64,000 nucleotides of DNA from positions 23,562,001-23,626,000 of the forward strand of contig CM059432.1 in the NCBI GenBank assembly GCA_030390025.1. Direction: 5' to 3'. This DNA is from Squalus acanthias. Lineage: Eukaryota. A program made the translations under genes and the position numbers. Each line of letters begins with the position of its first letter. Within the stretch, counting starts at the first letter, position 1. Shown here in pieces: positions 48,449 to 61,481 of this stretch. A model generated the notes under the pieces. It did no database searches and was not told where the DNA came from. It saw only the letters and a list, made by a program, of their open reading frames with translations.

Positions 48449-49777
48449 TGAAGTGATTATTACTAGTCCTAGCCCCTTTTGGGCTACCCCGGATCAGGCG
48501 TATTCCCCAGACGTTCACCTTCAACTAAAGTTAGAGGTAGCCGAATCCGAAAGATGCTTAATTGGGTCTAAAGGTCCAGACTATCTCTCCCTAAAGGAAA
48601 GGAACAACCTGAAGATGTTACCGTCCTCCAGATAGCACTTTTAATATGTTTAGCTAGACTGTAACCTTCCGGATATTATGAGGGTCCGGAAAACTCCCCC
48701 AGAATTCTGCAACTCCTCACCAAAGAGTGTACAGAGATTGAGTTTGCGAGTTTGATACAGAAGTACTATGTGAGACAATTTTTAAAATATATAGATTTAT
48801 TAAAGAACCAACATGTAATTTACAGCTGTTGATTCAATCGCAACATTAACAATTCCAAAAAGAGTAAGCTTTTTACAATCTTATCAGAGATCCTTATTCT
48901 CAAATCTTAACTTCGTTACATTTTTACATTTCTTAGTCTTATTCCAGGATATCCACCAAAATCAAACACAAGTACCTTGATCCCCGAGATACAAAGAGTT
49001 GAAGACTTACAGAGCTTGCCTCTGAAGCCTGAGAATCGCTTTGCTCCTTTCAGCGAATCTCTCTTCCCATTTGAAAGTCCAATTTTTATACCCTTTCTCA
49101 GTGGTATATCCTTTGAAGTTTTCTGCTGATGTAACCTAATTATCTCTAGTCATTTTTCTGCTGACCCCTTCTATTCTTACAGTCAGTTCAGCTGGTAGCA
49201 AGCAGACTCGTGTCTCTCCTTTAGGTGTTTCAAGTTCAACACAAAAACAATGTGATGGCTGGTACATCTATTTGATGTCATTTTTACGAAAGTCTTCTGT
49301 TTGTATCTTTTTACGACGTGTAAATTAAAAACACCTCAACCGGGTGCACCATTGTCTTCTTAGCTACCTCAACTGGTTGCATTAAGAATTATGTCTACTG
49401 TGTAGGTGTCTCAAGCTTATCATAAAAAAACGGTTGTAACGGGTGCATCTATTTGATGTCATTTTTACGAAGGCATATGTTTCTTTAATTTTCTGTGATT
49501 CTTTACAAAGTGTTGGTTTAAGACACTTTAACAGGGTATACCATTGTGTTCTTTCCAATGCTTCAGACTTCCAGGAACCTCCAACCTTCTGTTTCTGAAA
49601 GGCTATTGATTCAGTGTCAACAACTTATCTTATCTCAAAAGCCTGTATGCTGTTTACAGCTTTTCCATTGTTGAGGCTTTTAGATTTTCAAGCCCAGTTT
49701 GTCATGTTTTGATAAAGTCAGAATATTTTATAGAACGGTGTATTTTTCTGAATAGGTATATTGCTTATTCCTTCACA
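48449..49777 (-). mobile_element. Solo LTR (~1.33 kb), retrovirus-like
   Basis: TG...CA termini with TSD GCTA (48445-48448, 49778-49781); minus-strand TATAAAAA (49090-49083) and AATAAA (48801-48796); internal U3 duplication. Confidence 0.7.
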
Positions 49778-50099
49778 GCTACAAGCAGTTGTTGGTTGAA
49801 TGCGATGATGTGTATTGGAATTTTATAACAATGCTTTTTTTCCCCCTTTGCTGCACATTTCTCTGCTAATTTTCTCAGATCTTCTTCAGAAGGTGTGATG
49901 TCCTTGGTATAGCTATTAGAAGTGTGTGTTTCTTTATTTCCTAACCCAATCGCTAAAGTGATCAACCTTTTTTTTTCATTCAGGTATTACTTGTCAAATT
50001 TTTCACACGCTTTAATTGGAACTGAACGTTTACAGCGTTAAAATTATTATTTAAAGATTTACTAAAGTAAGAAAGACTATAGGATAATGTCTGCAGGAT

Positions 50100-50836
50100 T
50101 AAATGGTCATAAAGAACTGGGCAATATTAACATATCCCAGCACCTACTCACTTTATCCATTCCAAGCAACAGTCGAGAGACATTCATCTCATAGGGAATT
50201 AGATAGTGAGGAAGACGAGAGTACAGCTGGTGGTGACATAAGAGGGAGAAAATGTTGCAGGCATAAGGGTCCTCGGGTGAATAGCCTGGCATCTGCTACT
50301 CCGGGGCGCTACATTTAAAAAAAAAACGATGCTTGTAGAGCATCGAGCATTGGGGCAGGCATTGGGGGCCACATTGTGGATACCACCTATGACTCCTTGA
50401 AGTTTGGGAAATCCTGCATTCATTCAAATTGCTGTGCTCTGTTCTGTTGTCAGCGGTTATGCATGGGGAATCTGATGAAATTGCCAGCCGCAGAGAACAC
50501 TGAAAGCGGGACATGCTTGAGGCAACTAAATGGAACTGTTTTTACACTCATCTGTCGGTGGCTTCCGTAAAGGCCACTGAAGAATTTTGAGCAGGACACA
50601 CACAACGACTGCCGAGTAATTTTGGAAATGGGTCCTTGATCAGGAGTCAGGCCCCTCATGAACATATTAAAGGGGCCTAACGTCTGAAGATGCCTAAAAT
50701 ATGGCCCCCCACGAATTTAGCAGCGGGACCAATGCCAGTGCAGATTGGGCGCAGGTGGTCCCACTGCTGAATTGGAATGCTTTGTGCCCGTTTTACGACT
50801 GGAAAAACAGGTGCAACTGATAACAATTTCTACTCC
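50100..50836 (-). mobile_element. Degenerate Harbinger remnant
   Basis: AGFPKLQGVIGGIH resembles the GFP..GAIDGTH motif; TIR-like aatttctactcc at ~50824-50835. Confidence 0.5.
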
Positions 50837-51987
50837 AACGCAAGGAACAGGATAATGATGGAAAAAGGGGTCTATGACATCAGCTTGTTGTTACTGCCTC
50901 ATTTAATTGTCCCAGCTCAGAAATGGGCAGTGATCTCCGCCATCCGTTAGAAAGGACGGCAGAAAATTGGGCAGATGCCAAAGTGGGCTGGAAACTGTCA
51001 CAATGGAATATCCTCCTTCCACCATCCAAAATACGGATTGAAAGTGGCTGGAAATCTACGCTGAAGAATGGCCTCTTAGGTGAGTTACCAAAGGGCACAG
51101 TGCAACTGAAAAATTGGACCCCGCCATGACTTCAGAAAAAGAGAAAACTGGAGGGGGAAAAAATAAAATCTCCCCTATCAGCAATTACTTACTGGTGAAA
51201 GCAAAATCCATCTTCAGTGTTTCGATGAAAGTAACTGGAGAAAATGGAATGGCTTGCCACAAGCAGACCTTAAGATATTAGATTGCAGGATTTAGATTGA
51301 TTGCTTTTAAACCACTTTAGCCAGCAAGCTGCTTGTCAGTTTCATTTTCTTAAATTCTAAATCAATGTCTCATCTCTCTATAGTTAATTAAATGGTGGCT
51401 ATTACCGCAGTGTGCACTGAGTTTGCTGGCCTCAGCCAGTTGTGGCGCTATCCCTGGCCCCAATGTCCTTGGACTGGGGAGAGCAAAGATTAGTCAAGTT
51501 TCCTGATTGCCATCCACTGATCTCTTCTGAAAAATAAATCTGCAAGAAGGTTGGTTGAAGCCAGCATAGACTTGGCTAAAATGCCTTTCACCGTTGAATA
51601 GCCTGGAGAAATTCACCATCTATGCTTCCATATGAAGAATGGCTAATTGGGTCTAAATTACTGCGCATCTACCTCTTGCACCGTACAGAACACTTTGCAT
51701 CTCTTTCTGTCATTTTGGAATCTGTTGACGGCTACTTCTCTGAAAGTAGTTGCTAGAATTCAACCCGTGGTCATTTTTTTGTCCTCTCTCTTTGTCTTCT
51801 TGGGACTGTTGTGATGAGGTACTGGAAGGCTACTGGCAGCTTCAGAACCGTATCCTACAGGAGGCGGCAGCTTCAGGCTAGGAGAGGAGCAAAAGGGAGG
51901 AAAATAAATGCATGTTTATTTTTCTGTCACTGTATTGCCTATACCTTGCACTGTCTGTCATGCTTGAGTGATCTCTCCAGCTCTTTA

Positions 51988-53312
51988 TAAGAACATAAGA
52001 AATAGAAGAAAGAGTAGGCCATTCGGCCCTTCAAGCCTGCTCCGCCATTCAATAAGATCATGACTGATCTTCTACCTCAACTCCACTTTCCTGCCCTATC
52101 CCCATATCCCTTGATTACCTTAGAGTCCAAAAATCTAACAATCTCAGCCTTGAATATACTGCACGACTGAGCACCCACAGCCCTTTGGGGTGGAGAATTC
52201 CAAAGATTTGCAACCCTCTGAGTGAAGAAATTTCTCCTCATCTCAGTCCTAAATGGCTGATCCCTTATCTTGAGACTATGCCCCCTAGTTCTCGACTCTC
52301 CAGCCAGGGGAAATATCATCTCAGCATCTACCCTATCAAACCCTCTCAGAATCTTATATGCTTTATTGACATCACCTCTCATTCTTCTAAACTCCAGAGA
52401 GTTTAGGCCCAATCTACTCCATCTTTCCTCATAGGACAGCCCTCTCATCCCAAGAATCAATCTAGTGAAGCTTTGTTGCACCGCCTCCAAGGCAAGTATA
52501 TCCTTCCTTAGGTACGGAAACCAAAATCTTACACACTATAAGTGTGGTCTCATCAGAGCCCTGTACAATTGCAGGAAGACTTCCTTATACTTGTACTCCA
52601 TCGCCCTTGCAGTAAAGGCCAACATGCCATTTGCCTTCCTAATTGCTTGCTGTACCTGCAAGTTAACTTTCTGAGTTTTGTGTACAAGGACACCCAAATC
52701 CCTCTGAACATCAACATTTAATAGTTTCTCACCATTTAAAAAATATTTTGTTTTTCTATTCTTCCTACCAAAGTGAATAACCTCACATTATACTCCATCT
52801 GTCACGTTCTTGCCCACTCAGTTAACCTGTCTGTATCCCTTTGTAGCCTCTTTGTGTCCTCCTCACAGCTTACTTTCCCACCCAGCTTTGTATTGTCAGT
52901 CAACTTGGATACATTACACTCAGTTCCCTCATCTAAGTCATTGATATAGATTGTAAATAACTGAGGCCCAAGCACTGATCCTTGCGGTACCTCATTAGTT
53001 GCAGCCTGCCAACCTGAAAAATGACCCATTTATTCTTACTCTCTCTTTTCTGTCTGTTAGCCAGTTCTCAGTCCATGCTAATGTATTACCCTGAATCCTG
53101 TGAGCCCTAATTTTGTGTAATAACTCTTGTATGGCACCTTAGCGAATGCTTTTTGAAAATCCAAATACACTACATCAACTGGTTCCCCCTTATCTACCCT
53201 GTTAGTTACAACCTCAAAAAACTCTAACGGATTTGTCAAACATGATTTCCCTTTCATAAATCCATGTTGACTCTGCCCAATCATATTATGATTTTCTAAG
53301 TGCCCTGTTAAC
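51988..53312 (-). mobile_element. CR1 3' 1.3 kb
   Basis: SQHGFMKGKSCLTN, VPQGSVLGP, RRNFFTQRVANLWNS; tail. Confidence 0.93.
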
Positions 53313-53734
53313 ATTGAGTTTCATTAGGAGATATTAGGACAGGTAATCAAAAGCTTTGTCATAGAGGTAGGTTTTAAGGATCACATTAATGAAGGAGAGA
53401 GTGGTAGAGGGGTGGAGAGGTTTAGGAAGGGAATTTATTTGTCTCCATCAGAAAGTTGTTCGGCTCCACACATCTTCCCTTCGGTAATGAACCAATTTTG
53501 GAACAGAAAATTATGTTTATTTTCAGGGGCTGAGCTCCTTGTTACTATCCCAGAATCATATTCTGTTGAAGTGAGGCCAATGTGAGATCACAGTCTGGTG
53601 CCACTGTCCCACCTACTGAGTGGTTCATGCATTTTGCTGCCCACTCACCTTAAAGTAGCTTTCTTTTCACTTTTTTCCCAGTATTACTTAGTAGCCTCGA
53701 TTAAAAAAAAATTATTATTCTTGTTTTCAGATCT

Positions 53735-54072
53735 CGCCATGGCCTTGCCCCTCCCTATCGGTGTACCCTCCTCCAGCCCTACAACCCTCTGAGATCTCTG
53801 CGCTCCTCTAATTCTGGCCTCCTTCATCGATTTTCACCGCTCCACCATTGGCGACCGTAACTTCAGCTGTCTAGGCCCTAAGCTCTAGAATTTCCTCCCT
53901 AAACCTCTCCACCTCTCTACCTCTCCTCCTCTAAGATACTCCTTTTGGTCACCTGTCCTAATAGCTCTTAATGTGGCTCAGTGTCAAATCTTGTTTGATA
54001 ATACTCCTATGAAGAGCCTTGGGATGTTTTAATACGTTAGAAAGGTGCTATATGAATGCAAGTTGTTATTGT
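53735..54072 (+). mobile_element. L2 3' end (a further minus-strand L2 fragment lies at ~53320-53435)
   Basis: Matches the reverse complement of 21420-21810. Confidence 0.8.
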
Positions 54073-54167
54073 AGAGTATCAGGTCTCACTCCAGCCCTGG
54101 CGAGAGGAGATTAGAGCGCTGGCTCAGAATAGTGGGTTGATGTCCAGTGGAGGTAATTGCATCTGAT

Positions 54168-54512
54168 GGATCCTGAAAAAGACCCGTTTATCCCTACTCT
54201 TTGTTTTCTGTCTGTTAACCAATTCTCAATCCATGCTAGTATATTACCCCCAATTCCATGTGCCCTAATTTTGTTCACCAACCTCTTGTGTGGGACCTTA
54301 TCGAAGGCCTTCTGAAAATCCAAATACACCACATCTACCGGTTCCCCTTTGTCTACTCCACTAGTTACATCCTCAAAGAACTCCAATAGGTTTGTCAAAC
54401 AGGATTTCCCTTTCATAAATCCATGTTGACTCTGCCCAATCTTACTATTAGTTTCTAAGTGCCCAATTATTGCATCCTTTATAATAGATTCCAGCATTTT
54501 CCCAACTACTGT
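54168..54512 (-). mobile_element. CR1 RT internal fragment
   Basis: QSQHGFMKGKSCLTNLLEFFE..YLDFQKAFDKVPH. Confidence 0.92.
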
Positions 54513-54774
54513 TAACCTTCAAGTTAACCTTGCCCAAAACTAGCATGGTCAGGTTGCAAAAATGTCTTTTATAAGGCTGGCCAGAACGATTCAGGCCATG
54601 CTCAGAAAATAAGGAGGGCAGAACTGCAGGTAGGGATCAAGAGTTAATATCTACCAACCAATTTCACAAATAGGCAGCTGATGTGTTTGCTGTATTTCGA
54701 TAGCATCAGTTTTGGGCAAACTCTTAGAACCCATAATTCAAGATCAAAATAGAAATGCAAGGGTTAATCCTCAG

Positions 54775-55675
54775 ACCACCAGCATTGATTCATCAAAGGC
54801 ACGTTGTGTTTGACAACTTTAATTGAGTTTTTTGAGGCAGTGACTGAATAGACTGAAAATGCAGTTGATGTATTGCATATGGATTTTCAGGAAGTGCTCA
54901 ATAAGGTGTTTCACAAGAGACTTGTTATAAAAATTCAGGGATATGATAAAAGAGAAATGTAGCAGTTGATTGATGGACAGTGTTTAAGGTAAACGGTTGT
55001 TGCTCAGTCTGGAGAAGTGTCGGAAGTGCTCGACCTCAGCAGACAGTTCTTGATCCAGTTTTGTTCTTTGAAGTATATAGATGTTTTGGAACAGGGAACA
55101 AAATCTCAAAATTTGGTGAAGGCACAGAATCAAGAGTTTTGGCAAACAGTGAGGAGGAAGACAGGTGGCAGATGCAAATTAATGTGGATAAGTGTGGGTC
55201 AATTCATTTTGGAAGGAAAAAAACAAGAAATGTGAGCAGTTACTTAATGCAAAGACACTGAAGTGTGTGCATGAACAGTGAGGCCTGTGGGCTCAAATAC
55301 AGACTTCCTTGAAAGTATAAGTGCAGGTAGATGAAACCACAAAAAGGCCAATAGAATTACGGGTTTTATAAATAGGGGCATGGAGTACATGGGTAAAGAA
55401 ATAATGCTAAATTTACACAAAACCATAGTTAGGCCACAATTAGAGTACTGTGTGCAGTTTTGTGCGGCCAATATTATAAAGGGGACATTAAAGCCACAAA
55501 GAGCGTAGGTTCACCAGGATAATGCCAAGAGTAGGAAATTATTGTTTCAGGGAAATGCTTCAGATACTGGGGCATTTCCACTGCAGCAGAGAAGTCTAAC
55601 AAGAGATTTAATAGAGGATTTTTTAAATTATGAAGGGTTTTGGTTGAGTGAATAGGGAAAGACTATTTCCTCTGC
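54775..55675 (+). mobile_element. Highly degenerate CR1 RT fragment
   Basis: Residual QH*FIKGTLCLTTLIEFFE, GFINRGMEY, VRPQLEYCVQF. Confidence 0.75.
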
Positions 55676-58073
55676 AGAAAATATTGAAAATGCAAAGAAT
55701 GTCAGTCAGTATATGAAAGAGAAAAGATGGGCTTTTTCATCTTCCAACTAATGAGTATACTCCTTGGGGGTTAGTGGAAGGGGCGGAAGTGTTAAGTCAG
55801 GACTCCGTAGGGTCAGGTTGTGCACTTCCAGAACCAATTCAACTCTCCATGGTGATAATCCAAAATCTAAACCAGGCAGGTCTGAAGCACAAAAGGACAC
55901 TATTGATGATTGACTCGCCAGCCTGGCTCATTAATGGGACCTGGGGGATGGGACCCTTGCCACTCAGTTACCCTGTAAGGCAATGCCCTAACAATTAGGG
56001 TGATCCTAGCTGACAAAGCAGCTGGAAGTTTGCCACTACTCTGTGGTATTAGTTGATTGATATTCAGCAGTACCCCATGCACAAAGAGGGGTTCCAAAGC
56101 CTTTTGCCAACCTGTACCTAGTGGTATGTGTCCCTTTTGAGAAGCATGTGTACACTCCATGCTGGGCACACACAAACTATCTTTCTTGTTTTCGATGTGG
56201 AGGGAGGGTTAAATATGTGAGAATTCTGAAAGTCAAAAAAGTAAATCCGATGTGGCTCCAAAATGGAAAGGGAACACAGATTGACACCTACTGAGACCCC
56301 ATTGGAAAATAGAGCAGGCAGGGAAGGTGTGAAGTCAGTGTTCGTACAGTAGGCTGAACCCTGGATGCAAAATGAGATACAGTTCCTGAAATTTGCTTTG
56401 AACATGGTTGGAATAGTGTTGGAAACCAAAGATTGTCTGAGTAGCCATCCTTTGTGTGTAAGCTTGAACAGCGAGCGTTCGCAGTTTATTTAACGGACAG
56501 CATTCCAGCCGAATGCTCTCCTTTTCTCAGCCGATGTTCACACAGACATCTTGCAGCAGATATCATTGGCTCGTAATCGAGTGTGGGAACCCTGGCCAGC
56601 TTTATTTTATTTTCTCTAGCCGGGCTTGCATCCGAGTTGCTGTCGCCTGAGATCAGCTAATTCAGCATAGACTGTGAATCAAATGGGGAACCTTCTGTTC
56701 TATATACCCCGCTGTTATAAGTTTTGGGCTCGCCTTGGATATCCTTTTAGGTACAGTGCTGCTGGTCAATCCTGTAAGCGGCCTTAGCAGCTTATGTTCT
56801 GCCTGCACAGCCCAATAACTAATTATATAATAGTGTAACTGTAACAACAGGATCCCTTTGTGAGATGGACTGGATTTCATGTTTAGCCTCGCATCCAGTT
56901 CCCCAAACTTTCCGTAGGAGGACTGAACTGTGCAGTGAGGCGAGGCCAGATTCAAATCATTGAGCTGCCTCATTTCATAGACAGCAAGTGAACGTTCAGA
57001 CTAACGGATATCATCAAATCTCACCTTGATTCAGCTAACTATACACTCTCCTTGAGAATAATAAAAATATGGCACACTATTTCTTTAGCAGCCTCACTTA
57101 ATTTTTTTCTGGTCAGCTGATTGATTCTTACGGGGTTAAGGCATCTCTTCACTCGGCCCAGCTTTTTTTTCAGACCTAGCTAGCTGACTGCCCATGTATC
57201 CCTTGTCATTTTTTTCCGAGTCAGTGGTAGGGCAGTCCTTCTGACTTTTCTTCCCCTGCAATGATTCACCAGTAAACCTGTCAATGAAACTGGCTACTTA
57301 AAATAGAATTCTATAGAAATGATAACACAGAAACTGGCCATTCGATCCAACTAGTCCGTGTCAATGTTTATTCTCCACATGAGCAGTGGTCCTAATTATT
57401 AGTGCCCGCTTTGTTCCATGTCCCTTTATTCCCCTTTCCTTCAATGACCTATTTATCTTATTCTTAAATACTGACATGGTCGCTGCTTGGTTGTAAAGAG
57501 TAACATAGGAACATATAATGTTTTTAGCCCAGGTGGAGAGCATGCATTCCTTTTTGCCTGCAATGAATTTGAGCCCCTCTCAAGGTCTGATATTACACAG
57601 CACCATTTTCCTGCAGTTGGAAAGAAGATCAGGCAACTCAAGAGTTAGTCGTTTGACGATGTTGAGCTTGGTTTTAATGACCTGCAAATTTTAAGGAAGG
57701 ATTGTTGAAGTTCCACAATTTTGAAGTTTTATGGAAGAATTAGTGTAGGGGACTGTGCAATGAGTCTTGATTTCAACACAGTCAGAACGTAGGAAGGGAG
57801 AAAATCATGTAGGATGGCATATTTGGACATAAGAGGAAAGTTCAGAGGAGTGCTGGCCATAGTAATATGAATAAAACAGAGAGACAAGATAGGTTATGGC
57901 AAAGAGTGGGAGGTTGGATACTATAGGCGAAAGAATCTTGACTCTATTATACTGTACCATCAGTATAAAAGTGTTCTGCTGTAATTCCTAGAACATGTTT
58001 CACAATGAAACCATAAGATCTGCTGCCAAAGCAACGGGTTTCTCTAATCTTTCTTTCCTGTTCTGTCCTCCAG

Positions 58074-58153
58074 GTATTACCAGGTGCGCACAGCACTGAA
58101 AATCCCACCCCGAATTCCTCACAGGCTGACGGCAACACTGACAGGACCCACAG
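58074..58153 (+). CDS. FAM135B: FAM135B second coding exon
   Basis: Polypyrimidine acceptor ttctttcctgttctgtcctccag, 80 nt, donor G|gtaaga. Phase-compatible with the previous exon, giving (G)YYQVRTALKIPPRIPHRLTATLTGPT, which matches the FAM135B YYQ..RIPHRL motif. Confidence 0.93.
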
Positions 58154-59303
58154 GTAAGAAAACAGGATGCAGAATGCTGAGCTGGTATCGGTGAATTACT
58201 GCCTCATACCAGAGACTGCCTCGCAAGAAACACAGTCGGAAATTGATTGTGAGAACCTTCTCTGCTACTGGGATGTTCTGTTTTTTTCTCCCAGATGTTT
58301 AAATATAATTTCAAACAATCCACTGCAATTTTCTCTACCCTTCTCTTACAGCCACTGATTCATGCTGGTGTCACAGTTGCGGGGGGCGCCCTCTGTACCT
58401 TGCCTGAAAGGCCATTCTTTGTGTGTGAGCTTGCATAGTGTATATCAGCAAGCTATTCATCCCATCCTCATCTGATGCACTTCCCAGTAGGAGTCACTGG
58501 ACAGCGTTCAAGAGCAGGAACCATGGCCTGAGGTTGCTGAGCTCAACTGTAGCATTGTAGCCGGTATCCGAGCTGAACTGAGCCAACTCAGCACAGACCT
58601 GCTTTCCTTCCGAGCTGCCAGTCAAACTCTAGGGCACGGTTAGGACCACAGTGTGCAGTCAGTGCCTTGCACTGATCTGGCCACCAGCAAGCCTGCACAG
58701 CAGATGTTGCAGTAAGCAAGGGTACATTTTATGTCGGAAAGCATCTGGAATCCATCCTTGGTTAATGCCGGTGCACAGCACGGAGCCACAAAGCTGCCAT
58801 GGCTTCGGCAAGGTGCAGAATGTTCTGGCACATACTCAATGAATTAAACGCTCAGACTGGCGGGTGGAATGCACAGCAAATGCATCATTAGAAGGCAGTT
58901 GTACCTGAAGGTAGCATTTGTAATTCAGTGGGCATTCTGGTAATTAGTTGAGTTGGGAGGACGAGTTTCTTAAAGTCCAACAAAACCAAGCAGGAAGCTT
59001 TGAATACTTTTAATTAGGCTTTACAAAGCGTAGCTGATATACATTGAGCCTGCCGTGATTGTCCTGTGACATCCTCCCGCAGTGACTTGATCGCTGCTGA
59101 CAGCCAGCTGTTAGCATTATTTAGTGGCAGGAAACATTACAAGTGTTTACCAGTAACCTGCTGCGTAAGAGGAGAGTAACATTGCGGAACTGGCAGAAGA
59201 ACAAATGTAACGGTGTCACATTGAGAATGTTTTTGACAAAATAAACAGATATGGTCGGGAGAAAAAAAGAGATAACTTGCTAAAAGGATTTGTGGGATGT
59301 TGA

Positions 59304-59655
59304 CATAGATTTACATAGAATTATATTGAATATACGGCACAGAAACAGGCCATTCGGCCCAACAGTCCATGCCGGCATTTATGCTCCACTCGAGCCTCCT
59401 CCCATCCTTCCTCATCTAACTCAATCAGCCTAACCCTCTATTCCCTTCTCCCCCATATGCTTATCTAGCTAGATGCACCCTTAAATGCATCGATACTATT
59501 CGCCTCAACCACTCCCTGTGGTAGCGAGTTCCACATTCTCACCACTCTCTGGGTAAAGGAGTTTCTTCTGAATTCCCTATTTGATTTCTTGGTGACTATC
59601 TTATATTGATGGCCTCTAGTTTTGCTCTTCCCCACAAGTGGAAACACTTTCTCTG
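59304..59655 (-). mobile_element. CR1 3' end, same subfamily as 1180-1560
   Basis: ORF 59465-59647 is nearly identical to 1281-1544. Confidence 0.9.
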
Positions 59656-60369
59656 AGTTTAGACTGCTGTTGTAATTAGCAAGTTGCTAATTTATACTGC
59701 AGACTGCAAATCCGCACCTTTGCAGCCACGAGAGCTCTGTGCGTGCGTGCGTGCACACTTGCACCAACCTCTGCTCCGAGCTGAATTACACCCTGCAGCT
59801 GTTGGCCTAAACATCATGCTTGACCCCAGCCTTGGAAATCAAGAACGATGGGGAACCCAGTTGCTTTGAAGTTAGACTTAAACAACATTTTTAAACGTTT
59901 CTTTTGATTGAAGAATTTTGATTTGCATAAGGACCTTATCGCACAATAATTCTGTGCCTTTCATATAAATTTACTTTTTGCCTCTGTAATTTGTCCCGCT
60001 CCCACCATTGCTGCTGAGATTGCGGGTGGTGTTGCTCCACTAATGGGAAGGGCTAGGAGAAATGTTCTTCTGTTGTTCAGGCATGGAAACAGTGGTGGAA
60101 GCAGAACCCAAAAAGCTTTCAAAAGGGAAGTGGATAAATATTTGGGACAAGGGTAGTGGAATGAGACTAAGTGGATAGCTCTTTGAGAGCTGGGACTGCC
60201 ACGATAGGCTGAATGGCTTCCTCCTATGCTATAACATTCTATTGTTGCTGGCAGTGCCCCCTATAGCCAGCTGTGCCAGGAGGCACTAGACGTGACCAGG
60301 TTGTGTAGAAGAATCGCCCAGGCATGCCTCTCCCCGCTAACATTTCCCTCCTCTGTGCAGGAACACAAT

Positions 60370-61132
60370 GGGCCAGAAATTCAGCTTTCAGGCTTCCTGC
60401 AGGTGCAAGCATCGTGCGCGTACTTGCCTACCGCGCCTGCAGTTGTGTTTTGGGCCCACGAGGACTTCAGGTCCTGGGCCTCCTCCAGCTGCCGGCACGC
60501 AGTGCTTGTGTATCTCAGGGGCGTAGTTAGTTCGAAGCGTCCCCTGGGATCACGTGGGCCATGGAGAGCCAATCTTAACAGGGCATTTTCATTCATAGAT
60601 TTGACAGGAAGACCTGTCAAATCTATGAATCGAGATCGGCCCCAAAACCACACTTAAACTTCAAATACATTAAAAAAAAAAATCACATTTTTAAAATAAC
60701 TATAAGTTAAATAAATTAACTACTTTAAACAAAAATAAAAATTTTTGAAAAAATTAATTATACTTTTTAACGGTGCTAAAAATAAACTTACCTTTCTTTA
60801 AAGTATCTAAAAAGATAAACCTGTTGAAAATGTTTTTAAATTGTAATTAATTAACCACTTACCTTGTTAAAAACAGGCCTTGCGCCTCCTTTTTAAAAGC
60901 GCAGCTTCTCCGTACTTACCTTCCCGGAGAAACCTGAAAAAAAACCTGAAGTTCGCTGCGTGCGCGCTGCCTCTCCCGCGCACGCATTCGACTTCTGAAC
61001 CCCTCCCTTCAGGGGAACGGAAGTTCCGGTTTCCCGCGCATGCGCAGTGCATGCAGGAAACCGGCACATCAGGTGGCCTTACGGGTGAGTACACAGCGTG
61101 TACTCACCCGACAAGAGCCGAATTTCTGGCCC
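60370..61132. mobile_element. Harbinger-type MITE (family B, copy 2)
   Basis: TIRs GGGCCAGAAATTC / GAATTTCTGGCCC, exact TSD AAT. Confidence 0.9.
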
Positions 61133-61481
61133 AATATCGACTCTGCTTGACACCTCAGACTAGAAACCAAGTAGAGTGGGGGCTTCCCACTTATTGCCAC
61201 CAAGAGCCAGTAGCTGTTTGTGTTCTAATGTTCTTTTCATCCACACTACCTTTAGAATATTCTTTTGATTAATGCTGATTTTCTTCCTGATTTAGTACTT
61301 GTATTTAAACAGTGACTTAGTATTATTGATTTTGCATTGGTGCTGATTTAGACAGAGGCTGATATGAGCTTTTTTTTATTAGTTCGGGGATGTGGGCATT
61401 GCTGCCCAACAGTTATTGCCCATCCCTAATTGCCCTTGAGAAGGTGGTGGTGAGCCGCGCCTTCAACCGCTGCAGTCCGTG

